From: a virus
Taxonomy: Duplodnaviria; Heunggongvirae; Uroviricota; Caudoviricetes
Virus record (IMG/VR): IMGVR_UViG_2529292919_000008
Length of the DNA stretch: 53,981 nucleotides
Reading direction: 5' to 3' (one strand)
Shown here: positions 19,291 to 26,753 of the stretch, piece by piece
Numbering within the stretch: position 1 is the first letter of the stretch
Layout of the letters: each line of letters opens with the position of its first letter
Made by a program: the position numbers and the translations under genes
The notes under the pieces: model-generated
The model's database searches: none
What the model was told of the DNA's origin: nothing
Seen by the model: the letters and a program-made list of their open reading frames with translations, nothing else

Positions 19291-19695
19291 GTGAAGAAAA
19301 TGGTTTTTGTGGCGGCATTGCTGACCGTTACCCAACAGGCTTCAGCAGTTATTGTGGCATCTGCCGCTGCGACTACGGCTGCCGCAGCTGCTGCGAACTC
19401 TGCGAATATCGCAAGCCAACAGGAGCAGGACGCTGCTAACGCATCAGCCAGTGCTCTCCCGATTTTTGTTAAGGGCAGTAAGCTAAATCTGGGGTTCATA
19501 ACGTGCGGTAAGCGTTCTTATGAAGCTGTAGGCTCACTGGGATGTACGGTATATGGCGACAGTGAGAGCAGAGAAATTCCATGGAAAACGTGGCCCGGAT
19601 ACGTTCTTGGTTCGAAGCTCCCGGCCAGTTATGAGGTAAACGCCGTGTCGTTTGATCACTATAACGGCGTGGCAACTGTCTATTTCACATACTGA
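19291..19695 (+). CDS. Secreted protein with signal peptide and Ala/Thr-rich linker
   Basis: MKKMVFVAALLTVTQQASA signal-like N-terminus, then low-complexity AAATTAAAAAANSANIAS and a Cys-containing C-terminal domain. Confidence 0.45.
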   Translation: MKKMVFVAALLTVTQQASAVIVASAAATTAAAAAANSANIASQQEQDAANASASALPIFVKGSKLNLGFITCGKRSYEAVGSLGCTVYGDSESREIPWKTWPGYVLGSKLPASYEVNAVSFDHYNGVATVYFTY

Positions 19696-19736
19696 GTTCC
19701 GGCATGAAATTTTCTGAATCACGGAGTAACAACCTG

Positions 19737-19922
19737 ATGAAAACTATCACCGTAACGGTTGAAATCGACGTTCCTGATAACGCAACGGACAATGATATTG
19801 CTGATTTTGTCGATGTCGAGTACGGGGAGTGCGGAAAAATGGCACTTGATAACCCATGCCGGACAGATGGAACGGAAATACTCGATGCCAGATGGGAGCA
19901 CGGCCCCGATTACGCGGGTTGA
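19737..19922 (+). CDS. Hypothetical small acidic protein
   Basis: 61 aa from MKTITVTVEIDVPDN. Confidence 0.3.
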   Translation: MKTITVTVEIDVPDNATDNDIADFVDVEYGECGKMALDNPCRTDGTEILDARWEHGPDYAG

Positions 19923-19941
19923 TTGAACAGTAATCAAACGC

Positions 19942-19986
19942 AGACCAAAACATGTGTTTTGGTCTGCCAAAAGTAGTGTTTTGGTC
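19942..19986 (+). promoter_or_regulatory. Operator-like palindrome AGACCAAAAC-N4-GTTTTGGTCT plus extra GTTTTGGTC half-site
   Basis: Perfect 10-bp inverted repeat at 19942-19965 and a third half-site at 19978-19986, ending 3 nt before the ATG at 19990. Confidence 0.45.
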
Positions 19987-19989
19987 ATT

Positions 19990-20268
19990 ATGAAGATTGA
20001 ACAAATCGGAATGGCAGCTTTCAGGCAACAGGCTGAAAGCGGTGGCGTGGATGAGTTCGTCGTGCAGCGGTTCGGTGGTGTGTATCACCTCTTCGCTGTG
20101 AATCGCCGCGCTGGGGTGTCCTATTTTCTACAGGAACGCCGTGGCGATTACAAGACGTGGCTGTCTCTTGATCGTGCCGCCGCGTTCTTGTCAGGGATTG
20201 GCGTTTCACGTTTTACCGTACGTTTTGAGGATAACAAACATGCTGAAAAAGATGATCGGGGCCATTAA
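19990..20268 (+). CDS. Hypothetical protein downstream of operator-like palindrome
   Basis: 92 aa from MKIEQIGMAAFRQQ. 3' end overlaps the gemA start. Confidence 0.35.
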   Translation: MKIEQIGMAAFRQQAESGGVDEFVVQRFGGVYHLFAVNRRAGVSYFLQERRGDYKTWLSLDRAAAFLSGIGVSRFTVRFEDNKHAEKDDRGH

Positions 20269-20638
20269 AGCCGGTCAGGCGTATCTGGGGTGGGATGATG
20301 CCCTTTATCGCCAGACGCTGGCCCGCCTGACCGGTAAAACCAGCACCACACGCTGCAATCTCAATGAACTGCGCATCATCCGGGAATACATGCACGAACA
20401 GGGATTCCCGCGCAAGGCACCCGCCGGTAAAGGTCGCCGCCCCCGTGTTGCAATGAGCAGAAAATCGGTATTATCCAAAATTGAAGCGTTGCTGGCTGAT
20501 GCCGGTCGTTCCTGGGGGTATGCGGAAGGACTGGCATCTCACATGTATAAGCAACATGTGATCGAATGGCTGACGGATGAACAGCTTTTCGGGGTGATGG
20601 TGGCGCTGGTTAAAGATTCAAGAAGGAGGAGTAAATGA
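20240..20638 (+). CDS. gemA: GemA-like regulatory protein (Mu gp16 family, DUF1018)
   Basis: ...AGQAYLGWDDALYRQTLARLTGKTSTTRCNLNELRIIREYMHEQGF... resembles Mu GemA. Located just before Mor, as in Mu. Confidence 0.65.
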   Translation: MLKKMIGAIKAGQAYLGWDDALYRQTLARLTGKTSTTRCNLNELRIIREYMHEQGFPRKAPAGKGRRPRVAMSRKSVLSKIEALLADAGRSWGYAEGLASHMYKQHVIEWLTDEQLFGVMVALVKDSRRRSK

Positions 20639-21138
20639 TTAAAAAACGGTATTTTCTTTTAGTAGCGTTCATTTTGTCTTTTCCTGCCGTTGCTGAATGG
20701 CACACATGGGTACAAAAAGATGCTTTTGATGATCAACAAACAGCCATGATGGTGGGTATTGGAACAATGGATTTTGGGATTGCTTTAGACTGTTCGAATG
20801 ACTCACTATTCGCTGGTATTACAAAAGAAACAGATAAAGTTAACATTGCGTTATTCGGTTCATCAAAAGATTTAATATTTAGGATAGACGAATTTCCAGC
20901 AGTAAAGACCACAGGGGTACTCGCTGCACGAAATGAAAAAATGTATATTTATAAAATAGAGGACGAACAAAAAATCAAAGAGTTGTTATCTTATCTTCGA
21001 AAAGCCCAAAAACGTGTTTTAGCTGGTGTAAAAGAACCGAGTGAAGAACGAGGCGCATCGTTTAATGTAACACCGACAGGTTCAACAACCGCTGTTAATA
21101 AATTTATCAAAGCCTGTAACATCAAGATTCCAGAGTAA
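20635..21138 (+). CDS. AT-rich moron: secreted protein with signal peptide
   Basis: ATGA overlap with the gemA stop. Signal-like MIKKRYFLLVAFILSFPAVA then EW. Codon composition visibly AT-rich against GC-rich flanks. Followed by an intrinsic terminator. Confidence 0.5.
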   Translation: MIKKRYFLLVAFILSFPAVAEWHTWVQKDAFDDQQTAMMVGIGTMDFGIALDCSNDSLFAGITKETDKVNIALFGSSKDLIFRIDEFPAVKTTGVLAARNEKMYIYKIEDEQKIKELLSYLRKAQKRVLAGVKEPSEERGASFNVTPTGSTTAVNKFIKACNIKIPE

Positions 21139-21145
21139 CTTAATA

Positions 21146-21174
21146 GCCGCCCCTGCCATGTAGGGGCTTTTTTG
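21146..21174 (+). terminator. Rho-independent terminator after the moron
   Basis: GC stem (GCCGCCCCT / AGGGGC) followed by TTTTTTG. Confidence 0.6.
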
Positions 21175-21236
21175 TGGTCTGTACAGGCGATCATGTATGG
21201 CTATAATAACAGTAAGTTACTACCGGAGACGCCATC

Positions 21237-21704
21237 ATGCAGACCTTCAGTGAAACAGATCTTCGCGATGCGCAGGCACTGCTGCCCGATTCCGTGCAGC
21301 AACTGATTAGCGTGATTGGCTTCCCCGCCCTGACCCGGTTAATCCGTTCTTTTGGTGGCGTGACGTTAAGCGGTAAAACCGGCGCACACGCCGAACGCAC
21401 CGGCGGTGTCCATGCCCTGTTACATGATGTGCTGACCGAAGACGAAATCAACAAACTGATCCGCTTTCTTGGCGGTGCGCCGTTTTACATTCCCCGTTGC
21501 GATCATGCGTTACGTGCCCTGCGTAACACCCGTTTTATGGCAGATTTACAGCAGCATGTAAAAGACGGATGCTCACACCGGCAGGCGCTGGCACTACTCT
21601 GTCCCCGTTACGGGATTTCAGACCGGTACGCATGGCAGCTGATACACCGACGACAAAAGCAGACTTCGCTGAAAAGCCCCACCCAGGTGGGGCTTTTTGA
21701 TTAA
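21237..21704 (+). CDS. mor: Mor/C-family transcriptional activator
   Basis: 155 aa with C-terminal HTH-like RQALALLCPRYGISDRYAWQLI. Position after gemA, as for Mu mor. Confidence 0.55.
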   Translation: MQTFSETDLRDAQALLPDSVQQLISVIGFPALTRLIRSFGGVTLSGKTGAHAERTGGVHALLHDVLTEDEINKLIRFLGGAPFYIPRCDHALRALRNTRFMADLQQHVKDGCSHRQALALLCPRYGISDRYAWQLIHRRQKQTSLKSPTQVGLFD

Positions 21705-21731
21705 TGGGCCTCAGAAAAAAGGAGACACGAA

Positions 21732-22019
21732 ATGATGCGTTCTGACACCGATATCGACTATGCAGTACTCGGTGAATATACCGCATTTTCAGACAAGGCC
21801 CGGGATGCAGCCCGTCGCCGACATGCTGAAATGTGCAGTTTATCCAGTTACCTGGCGAAACAGGCCCAAAGCCCGGAATCAGTAACGAATCATGATGAAG
21901 TGCTGTCAGCCGTAAACAGAATAATTGACGCAGAACGGGAAATGCGTAATGCCGTGGAAAGAGCTAACCTGCTGGCGCGGGCATGTTATAAGCCACCATT
22001 AAAACTCGCTTCTCTTTAA
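21732..22019 (+). CDS. Hypothetical protein
   Basis: 95-aa ORF after mor. Confidence 0.3.
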   Translation: MMRSDTDIDYAVLGEYTAFSDKARDAARRRHAEMCSLSSYLAKQAQSPESVTNHDEVLSAVNRIIDAEREMRNAVERANLLARACYKPPLKLASL

Positions 22020-22207
22020 CCCATCCAGATAATCAACCTGCCGGGGGTGCTGAACACCCCCAGCAGTACCCACCACAGCATACCGTTTACCCTGTCCACT
22101 CAGACCACAAGACACCTTAAGGGATAGCGCCCGGCAAAAGTCATTCTGTGCCTTTGACCGGGTGTTATTTACGGGCCGTCAGTGGCTCAGATTTACAGGA
22201 GAAACTC

Positions 22208-22600
22208 ATGTCTGAACCCTTATCAGGCGGCGGAGCTGTGGCAGTCACCATCGGTGGTGCCAGTGTGTTTGGTCTTCTCACCAATACCGATTTCGGGGTC
22301 GTGGTGGGCGCGTTTGCCGGGGCGCTTTTTGTTGTCACGCAGCAGAAAGAAATCCCGGTATGGCGAATGGCTATTCACCTGCTCGTCGCGTTTGTGGTTG
22401 GCGTTCTGGGGGCTGGCGTGGCTGCGTCACTGATGCAGTGGCTGACCCACTACAACGACAAGCCACTCGATGCATTGTGTGCGGTCGGTGTCTCGGCGTT
22501 ATCCATCAAGATACTGACCTTTCTTTATCAACAGGAAATTTCATCGCTGTTCGGCCTGTTTTCCAGACTGCGCGGCGGAGGGGGTGGAAATGGAAAGTAG
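22208..22600 (+). CDS. Putative holin-like membrane protein
   Basis: AGGAG ribosome-binding site. About three hydrophobic helices. Immediately upstream of the endolysin. Confidence 0.4.
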   Translation: MSEPLSGGGAVAVTIGGASVFGLLTNTDFGVVVGAFAGALFVVTQQKEIPVWRMAIHLLVAFVVGVLGAGVAASLMQWLTHYNDKPLDALCAVGVSALSIKILTFLYQQEISSLFGLFSRLRGGGGGNGK

Positions 22601-22886
22601 CCTTGCCGGTATCGTGAACGTCTGGCTGTGTCTCGCCATTGTGCTGGGGTTGTTTGTGTATCGTCGCCACGGTGCGGCGCATAAACCGATGATTACCTGG
22701 CTGGCGTACTGGCTGATGCTCGGCTACATCATCATCCCGTTCCGCTGGCTGTCCGGTACATACACGCACTCCAGCTGGCTGGTTGTGGCGCTGAATCTGG
22801 TTTTCTGTGCGCTTATCGTGTGGGCGCACGGGAATTTGTCAAAAATCCTTTCGTTACTGAGGCATCCACATGAAATCAAAAGATGA
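22590..22886 (+). CDS. Putative membrane protein (holin/antiholin-like)
   Basis: Two or three hydrophobic segments (IVNVWLCLAIVLGLFVY, ITWLAYWLMLGYIIIPF, WLVVALNLVFCALIVWA). Confidence 0.35.
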   Translation: MESSLAGIVNVWLCLAIVLGLFVYRRHGAAHKPMITWLAYWLMLGYIIIPFRWLSGTYTHSSWLVVALNLVFCALIVWAHGNLSKILSLLRHPHEIKR

Positions 22887-23415
22887 CATTTTTGATGAAG
22901 TCCTGGGCAAAGAAGGCGGTTACGTCAATCACCCGGACGATAAGGGCGGTCCGACCAAATGGGGCATTACGGAAAAAGTCGCCCGCGCCCACGGATATCG
23001 TGGCGATATGCGCGATTTAACCCGCGAACAGGCGCTGGACATCCTTGAAGCCGATTACTGGTATGGCCCGCGATTTGACCAGATCGCCGCATTATCCCCT
23101 GATATTGCCGCAGAGCTGTGTGATACCGGTGTGAATATGGGGCCAACCGTGGCGTCCAGAATGCTTCAGCGCTGGCTGAATGTGTTCAATCTGCGCGGCA
23201 GGCTGTACCCGGATATGGACGCAGACGGACGCATCGGGCCTCGTACCATCAGTGCATTGCGCGCCTTCCTGAATAATCGCGGTCAGGACGGTGAACGGGT
23301 GATGCTGACGGCCCTGAACTGTACGCAGGGGGACCGCTATCTGGAACTGGCGGAGAAACGCGAGGCTAACGAATCGTTTGTTTATGGCTGGCTGAAGGAG
23401 CGCGTGGCGATATGA
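22870..23415 (+). CDS. Endolysin, GH108-type muramidase with peptidoglycan-binding domain
   Basis: N-terminus IFDEVLGKEGGYVNHPDDKGGPTKWGIT is the GH108 signature as I recall it. C-terminal region looks like PG_binding_3. Confidence 0.7.
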   Translation: MKSKDDIFDEVLGKEGGYVNHPDDKGGPTKWGITEKVARAHGYRGDMRDLTREQALDILEADYWYGPRFDQIAALSPDIAAELCDTGVNMGPTVASRMLQRWLNVFNLRGRLYPDMDADGRIGPRTISALRAFLNNRGQDGERVMLTALNCTQGDRYLELAEKREANESFVYGWLKERVAI

Positions 23416-23594
23416 CGCGTCAGCACTGGACCCACAGAACGCCACGTAAAGCCGCGCGCTGTGTTCTGGCCCTGTTTCTGGTGATGTTGCTTCCGGTGGG
23501 ATGCACAGACATTAACAGAACGGGACAGCTGTTAGACGCGGCGGCGCAGGTCTGCCGGATTATTGACGGCATCCGGCAGTGTTCACAGAACTGA
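23412..23594 (+). CDS. Putative lipoprotein (spanin-like)
   Basis: 60 aa with lipobox-like LPVGC after a hydrophobic leader. Directly after the endolysin. Confidence 0.4.
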   Translation: MTRQHWTHRTPRKAARCVLALFLVMLLPVGCTDINRTGQLLDAAAQVCRIIDGIRQCSQN

Positions 23595-23821
23595 TTTTTC
23601 GAAGGTCTGACACAGTGAGCATTATCAGATTTACAGAATACAGAGGTTCAGGAGGTGCTGGCGCTGTCATGGTGCTCGCTGAATGCATCACCCATTTTTA
23701 CCGTCAGTACGGTACACATGATGGCACGGTCATTGAACTGGATACCGGGAAAAACGTGTTTGTTCTTGAAAATCCCGACGAAGTTCGGCGCAGGATTGAA
23801 CAGGCTCAGAAGGACACTTAA
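23579..23821 (+). CDS. Hypothetical protein
   Basis: ORF between the lysis module and the gp27-like gene. Start uncertain (ATG 23579 or GTG 23615). Confidence 0.3.
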   Translation: MFTELIFRRSDTVSIIRFTEYRGSGGAGAVMVLAECITHFYRQYGTHDGTVIELDTGKNVFVLENPDEVRRRIEQAQKDT

Positions 23822-24321
23822 TGGCGTGGTCACAGGATATCAGGGACAAAGTCCGTAACGGGTACATCTTTGACCAGCTTCCGCTGGATATCGTCGCCAT
23901 GAAGTACGCCGTGCCGCACGATACCGCGCGGCGCTGGAAAACGCAGGCAATGAAGAACGGCGACGACTGGGACAAGCTGCGGGCCGCGCACGCGCTCGCC
24001 GGTGACGGGCTGGAAAGTGTCGCCCGCACCGTACTTATCAGTCTGGTGGTGAAGTGTCAGACGACGCTTGAGCGACTGAACCAGAACCCGGACATCCCGC
24101 CGCAAGAGTCCGTCGAACTGCTGGCGAGTCTGTCTGACAGTCTCAGTAAGGCGGTGGCCAGCAGTAAAAAAATCCTGCCGGAAACCGACCGGCTGGCCAC
24201 GGCACTGGAAGTGGTGCAGCGGCTCGGCGCGTTCATCAAGGAGCGTCACCCGGCACAGTATGCCCCGTTTCTTGAGGTGCTCGAAGGCTTCGCTAAAGAG
24301 CTTGAGGATAATTTCAGTTAA
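23821..24321 (+). CDS. Mu gp27-like protein (putative small terminase / DNA-binding, DUF1804-like)
   Basis: 166 aa at the position of Mu gene 27, ahead of TerL. Confidence 0.45.
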   Translation: MAWSQDIRDKVRNGYIFDQLPLDIVAMKYAVPHDTARRWKTQAMKNGDDWDKLRAAHALAGDGLESVARTVLISLVVKCQTTLERLNQNPDIPPQESVELLASLSDSLSKAVASSKKILPETDRLATALEVVQRLGAFIKERHPAQYAPFLEVLEGFAKELEDNFS

Positions 24322-24367
24322 CCACAGCGGCCCGGTTTTCCGGGCCGTCTGATATTCGGGATTTGTA

Positions 24368-25108
24368 ATGCAAAAACAGATTATTGGTAACGCAACGTTG
24401 TATTGCGGTGATGTTCTTGATGTGCTGCCAGCGTTATCCGAACGTTTTGATGCCGTCATTACCGACCCGCCTTACAGCAGTGGTGGCACACATAAATCAG
24501 ACCGCAGCATAGCCCCTTCGGACAAGTATGTCGGTCACACCCAGTATGCCGAGTTCACCGGCGATAACCGCGACCAGCGCAGCTGGGCGTTCTGGTGTTC
24601 CATGTGGATTTCTCATGCATTGCACAGGCTGAATCCCGGCGGTTATTTCATGGTGTTCAGTGACTGGCGACAACTACCGGCGCTTACCGATGCATTTCAG
24701 GCCGGTGGTGTGCTGTGGCGTGGTCTGGTTGTCTGGGATAAAACGCTTGCTTCCCGTGCGCCACACACCGGCTATTTCCGGCATCAGGCCGAGTATGTGG
24801 TCTGGGGCAGCAACGGAAAACTCGACAAATGCCCGCACGGTGGCCCGTTCCCGGGTGTGATTACACAGCGTGTTGTCCCGTCCGAAAAACTGCACATGAC
24901 GGCAAAGCCGGTTCAGTTGATGGCCGAACTGGTTAAACCGCTGGCACCGGATGCGCACGTTCTCGATCCGTTTATGGGAAGCGGCACCACCGCCATCCCG
25001 GTACTTGCCCGTGGCGGACGGTTTACCGGCATTGAAATGACTAACCAGTATTTTGATATCGCCTGCGCACGTCTCGAAAAAGCGCAGGCAGAAGCAGCGC
25101 AGGTGTGA
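24368..25108 (+). CDS. DNA methyltransferase (N6-adenine or N4-cytosine), orphan
   Basis: Catalytic DPPY motif (AVITDPPYSSGG) near the N-terminus and AdoMet-binding FMGSGTT near the C-terminus. No adjacent restriction endonuclease. Confidence 0.8.
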   Translation: MQKQIIGNATLYCGDVLDVLPALSERFDAVITDPPYSSGGTHKSDRSIAPSDKYVGHTQYAEFTGDNRDQRSWAFWCSMWISHALHRLNPGGYFMVFSDWRQLPALTDAFQAGGVLWRGLVVWDKTLASRAPHTGYFRHQAEYVVWGSNGKLDKCPHGGPFPGVITQRVVPSEKLHMTAKPVQLMAELVKPLAPDAHVLDPFMGSGTTAIPVLARGGRFTGIEMTNQYFDIACARLEKAQAEAAQV

Positions 25109-26750
25109 CGTGGCAAAACGTAAACTTTCCATTAAAGAGTTTCAGAGAAGCTTACAGGAGTACATCGCCAACCTCCGCCAGACCATTGAGGCTGAATGTC
25201 TGGGGTTCGATGTTAACCCGCAGGCCACACAGGCCCGTCGGGCGGCAGTCTGTGACCCGGTGACGGGCTACGATTATTTTGTCGAAAACTATTTCCCGCA
25301 TTACGTCCGCAACCCGGCAAAAAGTGAGCTGCATAAATACCTGTTCAGCCGTCTGCCACAGGTTGTGGCAAGCCCGGACCCGGAGAACGACGCCATCGCC
25401 GCCCCCCGTGGTGAAGCAAAATCCACGCTGGTGACTCAGCTGTTTACCCTGTGGACCATTATCCGGGCCATTAAACATTACCCGGTCATCATTATGGACA
25501 GTATCGACCAGGCTTATCCGATGCTGGAAGCCATCAAGGCTGAACTGGAATTTAACCCCCGTTTAAAAAACGATTTCCCGGAAGTGTGCGGACAGGGGCG
25601 CGTCTGGCGTATGGGGACTATTGTCACGGCCAACAATATCAAGGTGACCGTCGCCGGTAGTGGTAAAAAACTGCGTGGTCTGCGCCACGGTCCGTACCGT
25701 CCTGACCTGGTCATCCTCGACGACATCGAGAACGACGAGATGGTGCGTAACCCGGAGCAGCGCGACAAGCTGCATAACTGGCTCACCAAAACCGTGATGC
25801 CGCTGGGCGAGGCTGGCGGTAAAACCGATATTATTTATATCGGAACCATCCTGCATTACGACTCCGTACTCTCGCGCACGCTGAATAACCCGATGTGGAA
25901 AACGGCCCGCTTTAAGGCCGTCATTCAGTGGCCTGCCAATATGAAGCTGTGGGACGAGTGGGAAGAACTCATCCGCAACAAACAGCCGGAAGCGGCGGAG
26001 GCACTTTATCAGCAGAACGAAGCCGATATGCTCGCCGGGTCGGTGGTGTCATGGGCGGCGCGTCCACTGCTGGCACTGATGAAAATCCGTGTCCGTGACG
26101 GTCACGACACCTTTGATTCTGAATACCAGAACGACCCGGTCAGCGGTGAAGATGCGCTGTTTGCGGGCTGCATTAAGTTCTGGGTTAATCGTCTTGATGA
26201 ATGGGTGTTTTATGGTGCTGTTGACCCCAGTCTCGGGAAGAAAAACAAAAACCGCGACCCGTCGGCCATTCTCGTGGGGGGCTTTAACCGTTTTACCGGC
26301 ATTCTGGATGTGGTTGAAGCCGATATCCGCCGACGACTGCCGAATAAAATTATCGAAGACGTGATTAAGTATCAGCGGGAATATCACTGCCTGTGCTGGT
26401 CGTTTGAATCCGTCCAGTTTCAGGAGTTTCTGCGTACCGTGCTGGTTGAGCGTTCGGCGGCGCTGGGTGTGCCGGTTCCGGCGCTGCCGGTCATCCCATT
26501 GGAGGATAAGGCACTGCGTATCGAATCCCTTCAGCCGCATATGGCTAACGGCCTGATTCGTATCAGTCCGGCACATCAGACGCTGATTGACCAGCTGCGC
26601 CACTACCCCAAAGCCGACCACGATGATGGCCCGGACTGTCTGCACATGCTGTGGACGCTGGCGGTTTCGCGCAGCGCAAAATTTCAGATACACACCCCAC
26701 GCAGCACCGGGCGTGACCGTGGCGGGCGTTTTGGTTCAGGAGGATGGTAA
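25053..26750 (+). CDS. Terminase large subunit (Mu gp28-like)
   Basis: 565 aa directly upstream of the portal, with a nuclease-like C-terminal region. True start may be GTG 25110, immediately after the methyltransferase stop. Confidence 0.7.
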   Translation: MISPAHVSKKRRQKQRRCDVAKRKLSIKEFQRSLQEYIANLRQTIEAECLGFDVNPQATQARRAAVCDPVTGYDYFVENYFPHYVRNPAKSELHKYLFSRLPQVVASPDPENDAIAAPRGEAKSTLVTQLFTLWTIIRAIKHYPVIIMDSIDQAYPMLEAIKAELEFNPRLKNDFPEVCGQGRVWRMGTIVTANNIKVTVAGSGKKLRGLRHGPYRPDLVILDDIENDEMVRNPEQRDKLHNWLTKTVMPLGEAGGKTDIIYIGTILHYDSVLSRTLNNPMWKTARFKAVIQWPANMKLWDEWEELIRNKQPEAAEALYQQNEADMLAGSVVSWAARPLLALMKIRVRDGHDTFDSEYQNDPVSGEDALFAGCIKFWVNRLDEWVFYGAVDPSLGKKNKNRDPSAILVGGFNRFTGILDVVEADIRRRLPNKIIEDVIKYQREYHCLCWSFESVQFQEFLRTVLVERSAALGVPVPALPVIPLEDKALRIESLQPHMANGLIRISPAHQTLIDQLRHYPKADHDDGPDCLHMLWTLAVSRSAKFQIHTPRSTGRDRGGRFGSGGW

Positions 26751-26753
26751 TTA

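Noticed and set aside
24368-25108. Restriction-modification system
   Set aside because: Only a methyltransferase is present, with gp27-like and TerL genes tightly flanking it; no endonuclease candidate, so called an orphan methylase.
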